The notes: a model not told the origin generated them from the letters alone. DNA of 64,000 bases from Waterburya sp. (GCA_965217895.1 CBDCJV010000002.1:416001-480000); one strand, 5' to 3'. Shown: positions 32,408-45,200, numbered from the stretch's first letter. Numbers and translations are program-made.

Positions 32408-33634
32408 TTATCGCTCGACAATTTGTTGATAAGTTTGACAGAGTTGTTTACCTTTAGCTTGCCAGCTATATAGTTCTTTAACTCGTTGTTGTCCCGCCTG
32501 TCCCATTTGTCTGCAAAGTTTAGGATTCTGCCCTAACTCAATCATGACTTTCGCCATAGCATTAATAGATTCTTCGGGATCTTTGGCTAACACCTTAAAA
32601 CCAGTCTCTGAGGTAATTTGTTCGGCGGGCCCGCCCAAGTCAAGACAAATAACTGGTCTTCCTGCTGCCATTGCCTCTAAACAAACTCCTCCTCCCGAAT
32701 CGTGAAGGCTTGGATGTACCAACACCGAGCATTGTCCCAACTTGAGGATAACCTCATCTCTAGGTAGCAATCCTAAAAATTTAACTCGATCGCCAATTCC
32801 TAAATCTAACGCTAAAGATTGAAGTCTTTTCATCTCTTCCCCTTCTCCCACAATCCAGTATTCCGCATCAAGCAAATTAGCTAAAGCAAAAGCTCGCAGA
32901 CCCAAATGAATGCCTTTCCAGTGCAGCAAGCGGGCAATGCTAATAAATCTAACTGGAGTCGCATTGATAGAAGAACATTGTGCAAGCCGTTCGATCTCTA
33001 GATTGGATAAAGCGATCGCCGAAAAGATTTTAACGGATTTAGCTCCCATCTTGCTAACTCGCTTGGCGGTGTCTTTGGTAACTGCATAGGCGATCGCACT
33101 TTTTTGAGCAGTTATGCGAGCAAAAGGATCTCGCTCTCCCAACCAACGGGCTAAAGAGCGCAGAGTTTCGTAAACTTTGTTTTTAAAGCCAAAATCCTGC
33201 CAAAAAGTCTGAGGATAAACTTCTCCTCCTCCTAATGGTCCCCAAACAAAAGGAACGGGCAATAAAGCCAGAAAACTAGGACTAGAGTACTTAACAAAAG
33301 TAACATGATGAATAATGTCGAAGTCAATATCACTACCTAGTTTTTTAGCCACGAAATAAGCTTGTATTTGCCAGAGATAATAATGAATTTGCATTGCCCC
33401 TGATTGCCCCCAACGAAGACTATTTTGCCAGAAAGGTAAGGTAAAGTAGATAAATTTTAAATTAGGAATAGGATTTTGTTCTAATTCAGCTTCAATCGCC
33501 TCACGGCTTTCATCTGGTCGAGTCAAGACCCATACTTGATGCTGTTTAGCGACTTCACGAGCTATATTCCAACCTACTCCCCGTTCAGAGCCTTTACCTG
33601 GTTCGCAAGAATACGCAGATATAAGTACTTTCAT
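32408..33634 (-). CDS. GT4 glycosyltransferase
   Basis: SAYSCEPGKGSE, RLLHWKG and DSGGGVCLEAMAAG motifs. Confidence 0.88.
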   Translation of the reverse strand: MKVLISAYSCEPGKGSERGVGWNIAREVAKQHQVWVLTRPDESREAIEAELEQNPIPNLKFIYFTLPFWQNSLRWGQSGAMQIHYYLWQIQAYFVAKKLGSDIDFDIIHHVTFVKYSSPSFLALLPVPFVWGPLGGGEVYPQTFWQDFGFKNKVYETLRSLARWLGERDPFARITAQKSAIAYAVTKDTAKRVSKMGAKSVKIFSAIALSNLEIERLAQCSSINATPVRFISIARLLHWKGIHLGLRAFALANLLDAEYWIVGEGEEMKRLQSLALDLGIGDRVKFLGLLPRDEVILKLGQCSVLVHPSLHDSGGGVCLEAMAAGRPVICLDLGGPAEQITSETGFKVLAKDPEESINAMAKVMIELGQNPKLCRQMGQAGQQRVKELYSWQAKGKQLCQTYQQIVER

Positions 33635-34785
33635 GTTGTTTGCTTGAACAACTTTTCATAAACTAAGGCTGTTTGTTGAGCAGTGTTTTGCCAAGTAAAC
33701 TCACTTACTCTTTTTAATCCTCGATCGATTAAGTTTTGGCGGTAGTTAGAATCTTGTTGCAGTTTACCAATAGCTGCTGAGATTCCTTCAATATCTAAGG
33801 GATCGAGAGAAATAGCTGCATCGCCAACTACTTCTGGCAGAGAAGAAACATTAGAAGTAACTACGGGCGTTCCACAAGCCATCGCCTCTAAAATTGTCAA
33901 ACCAAATCCTTCATACAGAGAAGGAGCTAACAATAAATCGGCTGCGTTATACAACTCGATCAGAGTTTCTCGATCGGGATATCCGAGGCAAGTTATCTGT
34001 GATTCGAGTTGGCGATCGCTGATATAGGCTTGTTGTTCGGCGGTAAAGTCACTGCCAACTTTCCATAAACGAACGGGTAGTCCCTTTTTCATTAAAGTTT
34101 CTAAAACCTTCAAAATAGTAAAAATATTTTTACGCTGATGAGTTGAGCCGACATTAAGCAGACAGATTTCCTCTGAAGAGGCTGTATATTGGTGTTTTCT
34201 TGCCAAGATGCGATCGCTCTTTATGACCCGAAATTGGGCATCAACTCCATTGGGTATTGTCGTCACCTTGTCGCTACTTGTATTCAACATGGATACAACA
34301 TCTTTTTTTGTATTACTTGATACAGAAATAATACAATCTGCTAATTTCATTCCTCCTACTGAATAACGCCACGATGCCATACTCAAGGCTGGTAAACGAG
34401 ATTGATCTTTCAAAATCTCAGGATAGACGTATTGAACTAAGTCATGACAAGTGATCGCAATGGGCTTACCTAGTTTGGTCAACCAACGAGCAATATGTCC
34501 ATCTGTGTGGTCAATAATGTGGAATAAGTCTGCTTTTGTGCGACTAACAGCCAGAGGATATCGCCAAAAACGCTCGTAGTACTTGCGTACAGGATTGCCA
34601 GAATGCCATGAGTTTTCAGGATCGGTACTCCAGGGTTGAGGCGCGACTTCTATAATCTCCCAATGAGGACGAACGGTTTTCAACCCAGCGATTACATTAT
34701 CGGCGTAGACATCCATGCTCAAAGCATTGCCTCTTTCTCTACGAGCGATCGCAATTCGCTTGACTGACTTTTTTTCTTGATGCAA
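33631..34785 (-). CDS. GT4 glycosyltransferase (mannosyltransferase-like)
   Basis: RKNI and PSLYEGFGLTILEAMACG motifs. Confidence 0.9.
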   Translation of the reverse strand: MHQEKKSVKRIAIARRERGNALSMDVYADNVIAGLKTVRPHWEIIEVAPQPWSTDPENSWHSGNPVRKYYERFWRYPLAVSRTKADLFHIIDHTDGHIARWLTKLGKPIAITCHDLVQYVYPEILKDQSRLPALSMASWRYSVGGMKLADCIISVSSNTKKDVVSMLNTSSDKVTTIPNGVDAQFRVIKSDRILARKHQYTASSEEICLLNVGSTHQRKNIFTILKVLETLMKKGLPVRLWKVGSDFTAEQQAYISDRQLESQITCLGYPDRETLIELYNAADLLLAPSLYEGFGLTILEAMACGTPVVTSNVSSLPEVVGDAAISLDPLDIEGISAAIGKLQQDSNYRQNLIDRGLKRVSEFTWQNTAQQTALVYEKLFKQTT

Positions 34786-35293
34786 AGATTTTTTCCTTAA
34801 TTTTTTTAAAATGATATTTTATACTGCTCGCTAAAACTATTTATAATACTATTAGTCATATTTATTAATAGATATAGGTCAACTCCTGACTACATTTAGC
34901 ATTTATAGGTTTAGAAGTAGGCCTAAACCTCTCCTACTTTCTCCTTTAAAAAAGAGGCTTAAAACCAGAATGTTCAATGTTATCTCGCCTGACGCAACAA
35001 ATGGGAAAAAGATGTAAGGCTAAGATCCGCAACTAAGAACTAAAAAGCAATAAATATTAAAAAAAAATGATTACTTTTGCATAATCTCTGCCGAGCGGAC
35101 GTAATATTATCTGGCGAAGTCAAAATTATAGATTACCTCTAATTCATAATTACTTCATATATTTCTATTTCATATTTTCTAAAATTATCATACAATAACT
35201 AGGTTACATCAATGCTACTCTTTAACTATTAAATTTAAGCACAAGCAAAATCTTTGTTTATAAAAAACAATTTAAAATATTAGGTTTCTTCTT

Positions 35294-37441
35294 ATGAATA
35301 CAAATTATCCTTCTAAAGTCGCTGATATTGCTCAAAATGCTCAATTACATGAGCTGTATGAAGTAGATGAAGGAGGGATGAACTTAGGTGCGCTTAAAGA
35401 AATCCTGTGGAGGCAATTGCCCTTAATTGCTAGTGTTACAGCAGTTGTATCGTCTTTAGCTTTTGTACAGGCCATGAATCGTACTCCTAATTATCAAGCT
35501 AGTTTTGAAATTCTCTCCGAACCAGTAACCATTGAGACTAAAGTAAGTTCTTCTGGTTCTCAGTCAAGAGAAACAACTGAAGCAATAACGTCAGTAAAAT
35601 TAGATGACGTACAAATAAAAACTCTAAAAAGCCCTAGGATAATTGATTCTGTTGTCGAGCAACTGCAACCAGCCCATCCTGATATTAATTATGCTTCGAT
35701 TGTCAGTACTTTAGATCTTAAAACTACTAACGAAGAAGAAACTGTTTTAGAAGTTGCCTACAAGCATCCTGACAGTAAACTTGTTAAAGATGTCTTAGAT
35801 ACTTTGGCAACAGTTTATTTAGATTATAGTTTGCAAAGACGGCAGTCTGGCGTGAGCCGAGGTCTAGAATTTTTGGATCAGCAAATTCCCATATTACAAG
35901 CAAAAGTTGACCAGCTCAATTTGCAAATACAACAAATAAGACAAAAACATAATTTTATCAAACCAGAAATTCAAGGACAAAACTTATCAGTGAGACTTGA
36001 AAATCTGACGCAAGAGCAACTACTCAATAAATCACAATTAAATAAAGCAAGATGGAATGCCAGCGTTGTTCAAAAAGAAGTGGCACAAGAACCAACCAAA
36101 GCCACTACAGCAATGCAGTCTGGTACAGATCGCTACAACAAATTATTAGAGGATTTGCGAGGAGTAGATCGTCAAATAGCTAACAAATCGACAGTTTTTA
36201 CCAACGATAGTGCCGAATTACAAGTTTTGTTTGATGAAAAAAAAGCAATTCTCTCTTTAATTAATCGAGAAGGAACAGTTGTCGAACAAAAACTAGCTGA
36301 TCAAATTTCTGCTCTAGAAGAGCAAAATAAAGCTATCGACCGAGACATAATAGATCTCAAACAAGAAATTAAGGATTGGTCGGGAGTTACTCAAGACTAC
36401 GATGATATTCAGAGGCAAATAACTATTACCGTCAAACAGCTTAATGAACTTTTAGTTCAAAGAGAATCTTTAAAAATCGAGTCCGCTCAAAAAGAAGCTC
36501 CTTGGAGATTGTTGACCGCCGTAGGAGATCCGCAAACTGATTCGGCGAGTAAAGTTAATTTCGTTATTTTAGGTACGCTTTTAGGTTTATTGGTAAGTAT
36601 AGGTCTGGCGATCGCTTTAGATAAATATCAAAATATTGTCCATACCTCATCTCAGGTTAAACGAGTTACCAATCTGCCAATACTAGGAATGATTCCCTTT
36701 GATCGATCTTCGACAAAATTATCCCTAGAACAAGAAATGAGCTTATTAATGGAGTCAGATAAATCGCCAATCCAAGTATACAAGGAAAATTCTGCTTTAT
36801 CTAACATTCTAACTTTATCAATCGAACCTTTTCGCTTTTTTGGTGCCAATTTAGGTTTATTTGAAGCAAATAGTACGCTTCGTTCTTTCATAATTACCTC
36901 TGCTATGCCTGGAGAAGGAAAGTCCACTGTAGCACTCAATCTAGCAAAAACCGCCGCCATAATGGGTAAGCGAGTTTTGCTTGTAGATACGGATATGCGG
37001 AGCATTAGCAGAATTAGCACGAGTATTCCTTTAGCTAACAGCTTCGGTTTGACAGATCTGGTTTTAAAACCAAATTTGAATTTGCGTGATGTCGTTCAAA
37101 AATCTTTCTTAGAAGAAAATTTATTTATTCTTTCTAGTGGTAGTCAAGCTATGACTACCGACCCAGGAAAATTATTTGTATCAACAAAAATTACAGAGGT
37201 AATGAAAACAGCCGAACAAAATTTTGATTTAGTTATTTATGATGTATCTTCTGTTGTTGACTATGCAGATGTTAGTTTGTTGGCTACAAAAACTGATGGT
37301 GTTGTTTTAGTGACAGGATTAGGTAAGTTGCAAAACACAAATTTAAAAGAGGCTATGAACCGATTGAATGTATCTAACATTCCCGTTCTTGGCATAGTCG
37401 TCAATCAATTGCTGAGGCGAAACAGCAAGAGTGCAGTTTAG
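35294..37441 (+). CDS. wzc: Polysaccharide co-polymerase/BY-kinase (Wzc/GumC family)
   Basis: Two TMs flanking a coiled coil; Walker A GEGKST, A' LLVDTD and B VIYD. Confidence 0.85.
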   Translation: MNTNYPSKVADIAQNAQLHELYEVDEGGMNLGALKEILWRQLPLIASVTAVVSSLAFVQAMNRTPNYQASFEILSEPVTIETKVSSSGSQSRETTEAITSVKLDDVQIKTLKSPRIIDSVVEQLQPAHPDINYASIVSTLDLKTTNEEETVLEVAYKHPDSKLVKDVLDTLATVYLDYSLQRRQSGVSRGLEFLDQQIPILQAKVDQLNLQIQQIRQKHNFIKPEIQGQNLSVRLENLTQEQLLNKSQLNKARWNASVVQKEVAQEPTKATTAMQSGTDRYNKLLEDLRGVDRQIANKSTVFTNDSAELQVLFDEKKAILSLINREGTVVEQKLADQISALEEQNKAIDRDIIDLKQEIKDWSGVTQDYDDIQRQITITVKQLNELLVQRESLKIESAQKEAPWRLLTAVGDPQTDSASKVNFVILGTLLGLLVSIGLAIALDKYQNIVHTSSQVKRVTNLPILGMIPFDRSSTKLSLEQEMSLLMESDKSPIQVYKENSALSNILTLSIEPFRFFGANLGLFEANSTLRSFIITSAMPGEGKSTVALNLAKTAAIMGKRVLLVDTDMRSISRISTSIPLANSFGLTDLVLKPNLNLRDVVQKSFLEENLFILSSGSQAMTTDPGKLFVSTKITEVMKTAEQNFDLVIYDVSSVVDYADVSLLATKTDGVVLVTGLGKLQNTNLKEAMNRLNVSNIPVLGIVVNQLLRRNSKSAV

Positions 37442-38009
37442 TAATTTTCTTAATAAGGCGATCGCAAAGATCGTTAACTTTGATTGAGAAAAGCAGAATT
37501 AATAATTCTCAAATGAACATAGATTTAGCAATAAATGCTTATTTTTTTCAACAGTGGAGAAATTTTAAACTCTATTTTAATGTCCTTAAACATTAAAATA
37601 GGGAAAAAAGAATATAGATTTCTTAGATGTGCGTATTTTTGTTATTTAGATTTGATAAGCTTATTGACATTGGTAACTGAGTTCTGTATTATCCTTATAA
37701 TAATTGATTTTTTTAGCTTAAAATCTAAAAAAATGCGATTAAAAACATTTAGAGATTTGAGAAATCCTCAGAAGAGAAAATTGGCTTAACTGTTATTGGC
37801 GATCGCCTTGCTTTTTTATTAAGTTGATATCACTCTCAAATGAACTAAAAAGCAGAATGCGATTGAGCGACACTTCTTTTTAAATAAAAAAACCCAATCT
37901 CAAACTATCTTTAACACGATTTATTTCTTTAAACCGTCTTGAAATTATTTTTAGACAGCTTTTTATTTGGAGAATACATTTAAATCGAATTAAATTACAT
38001 CTATATAAA

Positions 38010-39215
38010 ATGCAATTTTCAATACCAACTAAATACCTATTAAACACCCCAATAACTTGTCTTACTTTTGAAGAACAAATTATGTTGATGCTTCGATGGG
38101 CAAAAACAAAAGAAAGTAAAACTATTTGTTTGGCTAATGTTCATATGCTGATGGAAGCGTACTGGGATAGAAATTTTGCTGGGGTTCTAGAAACAGCAGA
38201 TATGGTAACTCCCGATGGAATGCCTTTGGTTTGGATGTTACAAAAACTAGGAATATACAACCAAAATCGAGTAGCAGGATTAGATGTCTTTATGAACCTC
38301 TGTGAACTAGCTCAACAATGTCAAATTGGAGTTTATTGTGTTGGCTCACAGCCTGAAGTGTTAGGCAAAATGAAGTATAGGCTAGAAGAGGAATATCCAG
38401 TATTACAAATCGCTGGGATGGAAACTTTACCGCAGATTACTATTGAAGAAATTGTCGAGGATGTAGACTATCCTTTAATCGATCGCATTAATCAAAGTGG
38501 TGCGGGAATAGTTTTTGTCTGTCTTGGATGTCCCAAACAAGAAATTTGGATGAACCAACACCAAGGAAAAATTAATGCGATCATGGTTGGTGTTGGGGCA
38601 GTTTTTTCCATGTATGCAGGTTTAAATCCACGAGCTCCCTATTGGCTTCAAAGAGCAGGGCTAGAATGGCTGTATCGCTTGCTTCAAGAACCTCGAAGGC
38701 TCTGGTATCGTTACGGTAAAACTATTCCTCCTTTTTTATACTTGGCAGTTCGACAATTACTGATTTCTTATCAAGATAATCTTGAACGAGTTCGTCGGAG
38801 TTTTGTTGATGGAAACATGGTAGTCGATATTACTGGTTTGAATAATTCACCAATTTTACTTGGTGAAATTTTGGTAAGACAGAGTTTGTTGACGCAAGAA
38901 CTATTAGACAAAGTTTTATTAGAGCAAGCACAAAACTCTTCTTTAAAACTTGGCGAAATTTTAGTTAAAAAAGACCTAATTTCTGTCGCTCAACTTCGGT
39001 ACTATCTCAAAAATCAAAGAATCAGGCTGGGAGAAATATTGGTGGAGCAAAAAGTGATTACTTTGGCAAAAATTAATGCAATTATTAGGCTTCAAAAGCG
39101 TAAAGACAAAAAACTTGGCGAAATCTTAGTCGAGCTGAACATGGTGTCCAAAAAGCAAATAGAAATGGCTCTTATGGAACAATACTGGCGACGAAAAGGT
39201 TTGTGGCTTAGATAA
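38010..39215 (+). CDS. WecB/TagA/CpsF (GT26) glycosyltransferase with C-terminal MshEN-like repeats
   Basis: PDGMPLVW, CLGCPKQE, GLEWLYRLLQEPRRLW; then four (L/K/R)LGEILV repeats. Confidence 0.88.
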   Translation: MQFSIPTKYLLNTPITCLTFEEQIMLMLRWAKTKESKTICLANVHMLMEAYWDRNFAGVLETADMVTPDGMPLVWMLQKLGIYNQNRVAGLDVFMNLCELAQQCQIGVYCVGSQPEVLGKMKYRLEEEYPVLQIAGMETLPQITIEEIVEDVDYPLIDRINQSGAGIVFVCLGCPKQEIWMNQHQGKINAIMVGVGAVFSMYAGLNPRAPYWLQRAGLEWLYRLLQEPRRLWYRYGKTIPPFLYLAVRQLLISYQDNLERVRRSFVDGNMVVDITGLNNSPILLGEILVRQSLLTQELLDKVLLEQAQNSSLKLGEILVKKDLISVAQLRYYLKNQRIRLGEILVEQKVITLAKINAIIRLQKRKDKKLGEILVELNMVSKKQIEMALMEQYWRRKGLWLR

Positions 39216-39297
39216 AGTAAATAAAAAGTTTCTATGAAAGTAGATCGATTTTTATATTAATAGCTTACGATTCAAGTTAAGTTTTAAACATAAAAAT

Positions 39298-42200
39298 ATG
39301 GCAACCTCTTATAATCAGCAAAATTCACTAACAGAGAAAGAGCAATATCGTCTGTTATTAGAGTGGTCAAGAAATAAAGTTAATTATCCTCAACAAAAAT
39401 CTATTCATCAGCTATTTGCAGAACAGGTAATAAAAACACCTGCTAAAACTGCTGTTATTTTGCCTGAAAATGAATCAATAAAAACTAATCAAATTAATTA
39501 TCAAGAACTCGATCGCCGAGCAAATATTCTAGCAAATATTTTACAAAGGCAAAATGTGCAGCCAGGTACAGCGATCGCCTTAATGATGAATAGATCCCTA
39601 GAATTAATCGTCGCAATTCTGGGCATCCTCAAAGCAGGGGGAGTTTATGTTCCTTTAGCTCCATCTTATCCACAAGAACGTTTGGCGTGGATGTTAGAAG
39701 ATTCGCGATCGCCCATTATTCTGACTCAATCGGCTCTGGTTACTAGTCTCCCTGCTCACGATGCAGAAATTATCTGTTTAGATCGAGACTGGGGTAAAGA
39801 TCTAGAATTAGATACTTGCTTACCATCAATTGAAGTAGATTCTCATAGCCTTGCCTATATCAATTATACATCTGGCTCTACAGGCAAACCAAAAGGAGTG
39901 GCCGTTCCTCATCGTGGCGTAGTCAGATTGGTAATTGGAAGCGACTTTACTCCCTTAGACGGTAACCAAACTCTATTACAGCTTGCTCCCATTTCCTTTG
40001 ATGCTGCTACTTTTGAGATTTGGGGCGCATTACTTCATGGAGGCTGTTGTGTATTATATCCAGATAACGGACTGCCCGATCCCCAGACTTTAAGTAGAGT
40101 AATTAAAGACTACAATGTAACTACTATTTGGCTGACCGCTGCTTTATTTAATACCCTAATTACCGAAGCCCCAGAATGTTTGCAAGGGGTTAAAGAAATA
40201 CTAACGGGTGGCGAAGCTTTGTCAGTAGCTCATATAAAAAGGGCGCAACAACTACTGCCAAATACCCAGTTAATTAACGGTTATGGGCCAACCGAAAATA
40301 CTACCTTTACCTGTTGCTATCGTCTTCCCAACCCTTTAGAAGATAACGTAACCTCAATTCCGATTGGCAAAGCGATCGCCAATACTGAAGTTTATATTTT
40401 AGATACTAAATTACAACCAGTACCCATAGGCGAAGCAGGAGAACTATATATCGGCGGGGATGGATTGGCAAGAGGTTATCTTAATCGTCCTGATTTAACG
40501 GCAGAAAAATTTATTCCTCATCCTTTTAAAGAAGATAATACAGCAAGATTGTATAGGACGGGAGATGAAGTACGCTATTTAGCAGATGGCAATATCGAAT
40601 TTATTGGGCGTTTAGATAATCAAGTTAAGCTTAGAGGTTATCGAATCGAACTAAGTGAAATTGAAATAGCTTTAACTCAACACGATACTATCTTAGATGC
40701 GGTAGTTGTATGTCGAGAAGACAATCGAGGTAATAAGTATTTAGCTGCATACATTACATTCCAAACTAACCAGAAAATAAACGTTGAGCAATTAAAAGAT
40801 TACCTACACTTTAAGCTACCAGACTACATGGTGCCTACCAGCATTATGGTAATCCAGAAAATTCCGCTAACGGTCAATGGCAAGGTAGATCGTCAAGCTT
40901 TACCAATTCCCAATCAAGAAATATTCAGTCAGAGATTACAAATTCCCCAAACAGAAATAGAAAAAAATCTCGCTCGAATTTGGTGTGAAGTTTTAGGTTT
41001 AGAACAAGTCGGTATTGAAGATAATTTTTTCGATCTAGGTGGTACATCTTTATTAGGATTACAATTAATTACGCGAATCCAAAAAAGCTTTGCCATAGAG
41101 TTACGTGCAGTCAAGCTTTATCAATATCCTAATATTTACAAGTTAGCTCAATATTTAGTTGAAAAAGCTAATCAACGATCAACTCAACTTAAAACACAGC
41201 AAAATAAATCAACTAGTCTTTCCGCAGGAATTGCTATTGTTGGCATGGTAGGCAGATTTCCTGGTGCAGGTAGTGTAGATCAGTTTTGGGATAATCTTTG
41301 TCAGGGTGTTGAATCAAATACTTGGTTTACGGATGAACAAATCGATCCCAGTGTCGATCGAGAATTACTGGCCGATCCTAACTATATCCGCGCCAGAGGC
41401 ATTATTGAAGGTGCAGAATTATTTGATGCCAGCTTTTTCAACATTTCTCCGAGGGAAGCTGAAGTTATGGATCCCCAAGCCAGAGTATTTTTAGAGCTTG
41501 CTTATGAAGCCCTAGAAAATGCGGGGTATACAGCCGAATCTTTTGCGGGCAAAATTGGACTATATGCAGGATCGGGGCAAAATACTTATTTTGAAAATCA
41601 TCTTTGCGGCAGAAAAGAAATAATTGATCGCCTGGGTGCTTTCCAGACAATGTTAGCTAATGAAAAAGACTTCGTTACTACCCGTATCTCTTACAAATTA
41701 AACCTTACTGGACCGAGTATTAGTATCAACACTGCTTGCTCTACTTCATTAGTAGCCATCATCCAAGCTTTTCAAGGATTAAAAGCTCGTCAATGCGACA
41801 TGGCATTGGCAGGAGGAGTTTCGATTGGCACGCCTCAAAATCGAGGTTATTTATATCAAGAAGGAGGAATGCTTTCTCCAGATGGACGTTGCCGTCCCTT
41901 TGACGCTAATGGTAGCGGTACTTTGTTTAATAACGGGGCGGGCATTGTCGTCTTGAAAAGAGTTGAAGATGCCCTAGAAGATGGCGATCGCATCTATGCA
42001 GTAATTCGTGGTGTGGGCATGAATAATGATGGTGCGGATAAAGTTAGTTTTACTGCACCGAGCGTCAACGGACAAATGAATGCCATTTTAGAAGCGCAGC
42101 TTAATGCGGGTATTAATCCAGAAACCATTGATTATATTGAAACTCACGGTACGGCTACTCATCTAGGCGATCCGATCGAACTAGAGGCATTAACCCAAGC

Positions 42201-45200
42201 ATTTGGGACTCAAACTGATGCTAAACAATTTTGCGCGATCGGTTCGGTAAAAAGTAATGTGGGGCATCTAGTGGCAGCAGCAGGAGTTACAGGGGTGATT
42301 AAAACAGCTTTAGCTCTTTTTAACCAGAAAATTCCCCCTAGCCTTAATTTTGAATCTCCCAACCCTGAAATCGATTTCACTAATAGTCCTTTTTATGTCA
42401 ACAATCAGCTAGTTGACTGGGAAAAGAAACAAAACCGCCGTCGCGCTGGGGTTAGTTCTTTTGGAGTTGGTGGTACTAACGCTCACATTATTTTGGAAGA
42501 AGCACCTCTGGAAAGTCAAAAGTCAAACGTTAAAAGTCAAAAGGAATTTTGGCAATTACTGTTTATTTCGGCTAAAACTGAAGCTGCACTTCAGCAAAAA
42601 ACCGCACAGCTTCAAACCCATCTGCAACAACACCCCGATCTTAATTTGGCAGATGTGGCATATACCCTACAACGGGGTAGACAGACATTTAACTATCGGC
42701 GGTTTGTTGTCTGTCAGCAACAAGAAGCGGTAACTGCACTCGAAACCCTACCCCCAACTCAGGCTATTACTCGCTATACAGAAAAACGCAATCCCGAAGT
42801 AGTTTTTATGTTTCCTGGTCAAGGTTCGCAGTATGTAAATATGGGAGCTAACCTTTATCGAGATGAACCCTTATTTCGTAATATAGTTGATCGCTGCGCT
42901 CAAATTCTGCAACCACTTCTAGATCTAGACTTACGAGAAATTCTGTATCCTCAAGAACAGAATGAGGCATCGGCAGCCCTACTCAAACAGACAATTTATA
43001 CTCAGCCAGCCCTGTTTACGATTGAATATGCCCTAGCGCAACTGTGGCTGAGTTGGGGAATTAAGCCTGTAGCCACAATCGGGCATAGTATTGGTGAGTT
43101 TGTTTCGGCTTGTTTGGCAGGCGTGTTTTCTTTAGAAGATGCCCTCAAGCTAGTGGCAACTAGAGCTAAAATGATGTGGTCGTTACCACCAGGGGCAATG
43201 CTTTCGGTACGTCTTCGGGCTGCGGAAGTAGAACCATTGCTGACTCCAGAATTAGCGATTGCAGCAGTTAATGGACCATTTCTATGTGTAGTCTCAGGAG
43301 CAAACGAAGCAATTGCCAAACTACAGCAAGAATTAGAGGCTAAAGAGATTGTTTGCAAACTCCTGCACACCTCCCATGCTTTTCATTCGCCAATGATGGA
43401 TGCGATCGTCGAACCATTTGCCGAGGTGGTTCGCACACTTAAGCTCTTTCCTCCTCAGATTCCCTTTGTTTCTAGCGTTACTGCCGATTGGATTACCGAG
43501 TCTCAGGCAACCGATCCCAGCTATTGGGCAAATCATTTAAGAGCAACCGTTAGGTTCGCAGAAGGTATACAAACTCTTTGGCAACAGCCAGAACGAGTGT
43601 TGCTAGAAGTTGGACCTCGTACCACTGCTGCTACCTTAGCCCGTCAACAGGCAAAAGATTTAAAGCAACAAATTGCTATTTCTTCTTTGGGTAGCAAAGC
43701 CAAAGATGACTCAGAATGGGCAGCACTTTTACAGGCTTTGGGGCAACTATGGTTAGCGGGTGTACCTATCGACTGGCAAAGTTTTTATACCAATCAAAAA
43801 CGCGATCGCCTGCCCTTACCAACCTATCCATTTGAACGGCAACGCTATTGGATCGAGCCGCTACCAGCGATCGCCAGTAGCGATGATTCTAGTCCAACAG
43901 CAATTATCTCTAGAGAAAATTCAGTTTCTATTCCCATATCAAAAGAATCAAATATTATTATGTCTAATTCCCGTAAGCAACGTTTGATCCCAATTTTAAA
44001 AGAAGTTCTAGAAGCAACCTCTGGTTTAGAACTAGCTAGTGTAGACGAGTCGATTACTTTTTTGGAGATGGGCTTAGATTCCCTGTCTTTAACTCAAGTT
44101 GCGATCGCTTTAAAGAAAAAGTTCAAAGTAAAAATTGCTTTCCGCAACTTGCTAGAAGACTATCCCAATTTAGATACTCTAGCAGCATTTTTGGATACAA
44201 CCTTACCAGCAGATGCTTTTCCTGCCCCCGAAACAGTTGCCGAGCAACCCGTTTCATCTACGCCAGTGTCAACTATGAATACATCTTTTGAATCAACTAA
44301 CAGCAATGGTAAAGGTAACTATGAACTCAAACCACAGCTAATTGCCAACTCTGAAACATCAAGTGGAATTGAAGCGGTGGTTGCTCAACAGTTACAGATC
44401 ATGAATCAGCAGCTAGAGCTTCTGCGTCAAGGAGGAGTCAGCGTCACACCTTCAACTGTTCCTCAGCAGCCAACCACTACACAACCTAGTATTTCTCCAT
44501 CCCCTGCTGCGCCTGCGGTTAAAACCACTTCTGAGCCAGCTAAACCGCCAAAAATGCACGGGCCTGGAGCCAAAATTAAAAAATCTCAAGACACTACCTT
44601 AAGCTCAGAACAACAGCAGGCAATCGATCGCTTGATCGATCGCTACACAAAGCGCACTCAAGAATCTAAACGTCAAACTCAAGAACATCGTCCCTACCTA
44701 TCAGATCCGCGCACAGTTTCTGGTTTTAGTCCTCTTTTAAAAGAGATGGTTTACCCGATTGTCACAGATCGCTCTGCTGGTTCTCGCCTCTGGGATGTCG
44801 ATGGTAACGAATATATCGATCTAACCAATGGTTTTGGCTTAAATTTCTTCGGTTGGTCGCCAGAATTTGTCAAACAAGCCGTGATCGCTCAAATGGACAA
44901 GGGAATTGAAATAGGGCCTCAATCTCCTTTAGCAGGCAAAGTTGCCAAAATGGTGAGCGAATTTACAGGCATGGAACGGGTGGCATTTTGTAATACGGGT
45001 TCAGAAGCAGTAATGGCAGCTTTGCGTCTGGCTCGTACCGTTACTGGACGTAACACGGTAGCTATCTTTAACGGTGGTTATCACGGCACCTTTGATGAGG
45101 TTATCGTTCGCAGTGGTGCTAACCTCAAATCCTTACCTGCTGCCCCAGGGATTATGTCTTCGATGTTTGAAAATATTTTAGTGCTAGATTACGGCACACG

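Noticed and set aside
37535..37789. 84-aa ORF between wzc and wecB
   Set aside because: Low-complexity AT-rich translation with no recognisable motif; probably non-coding.
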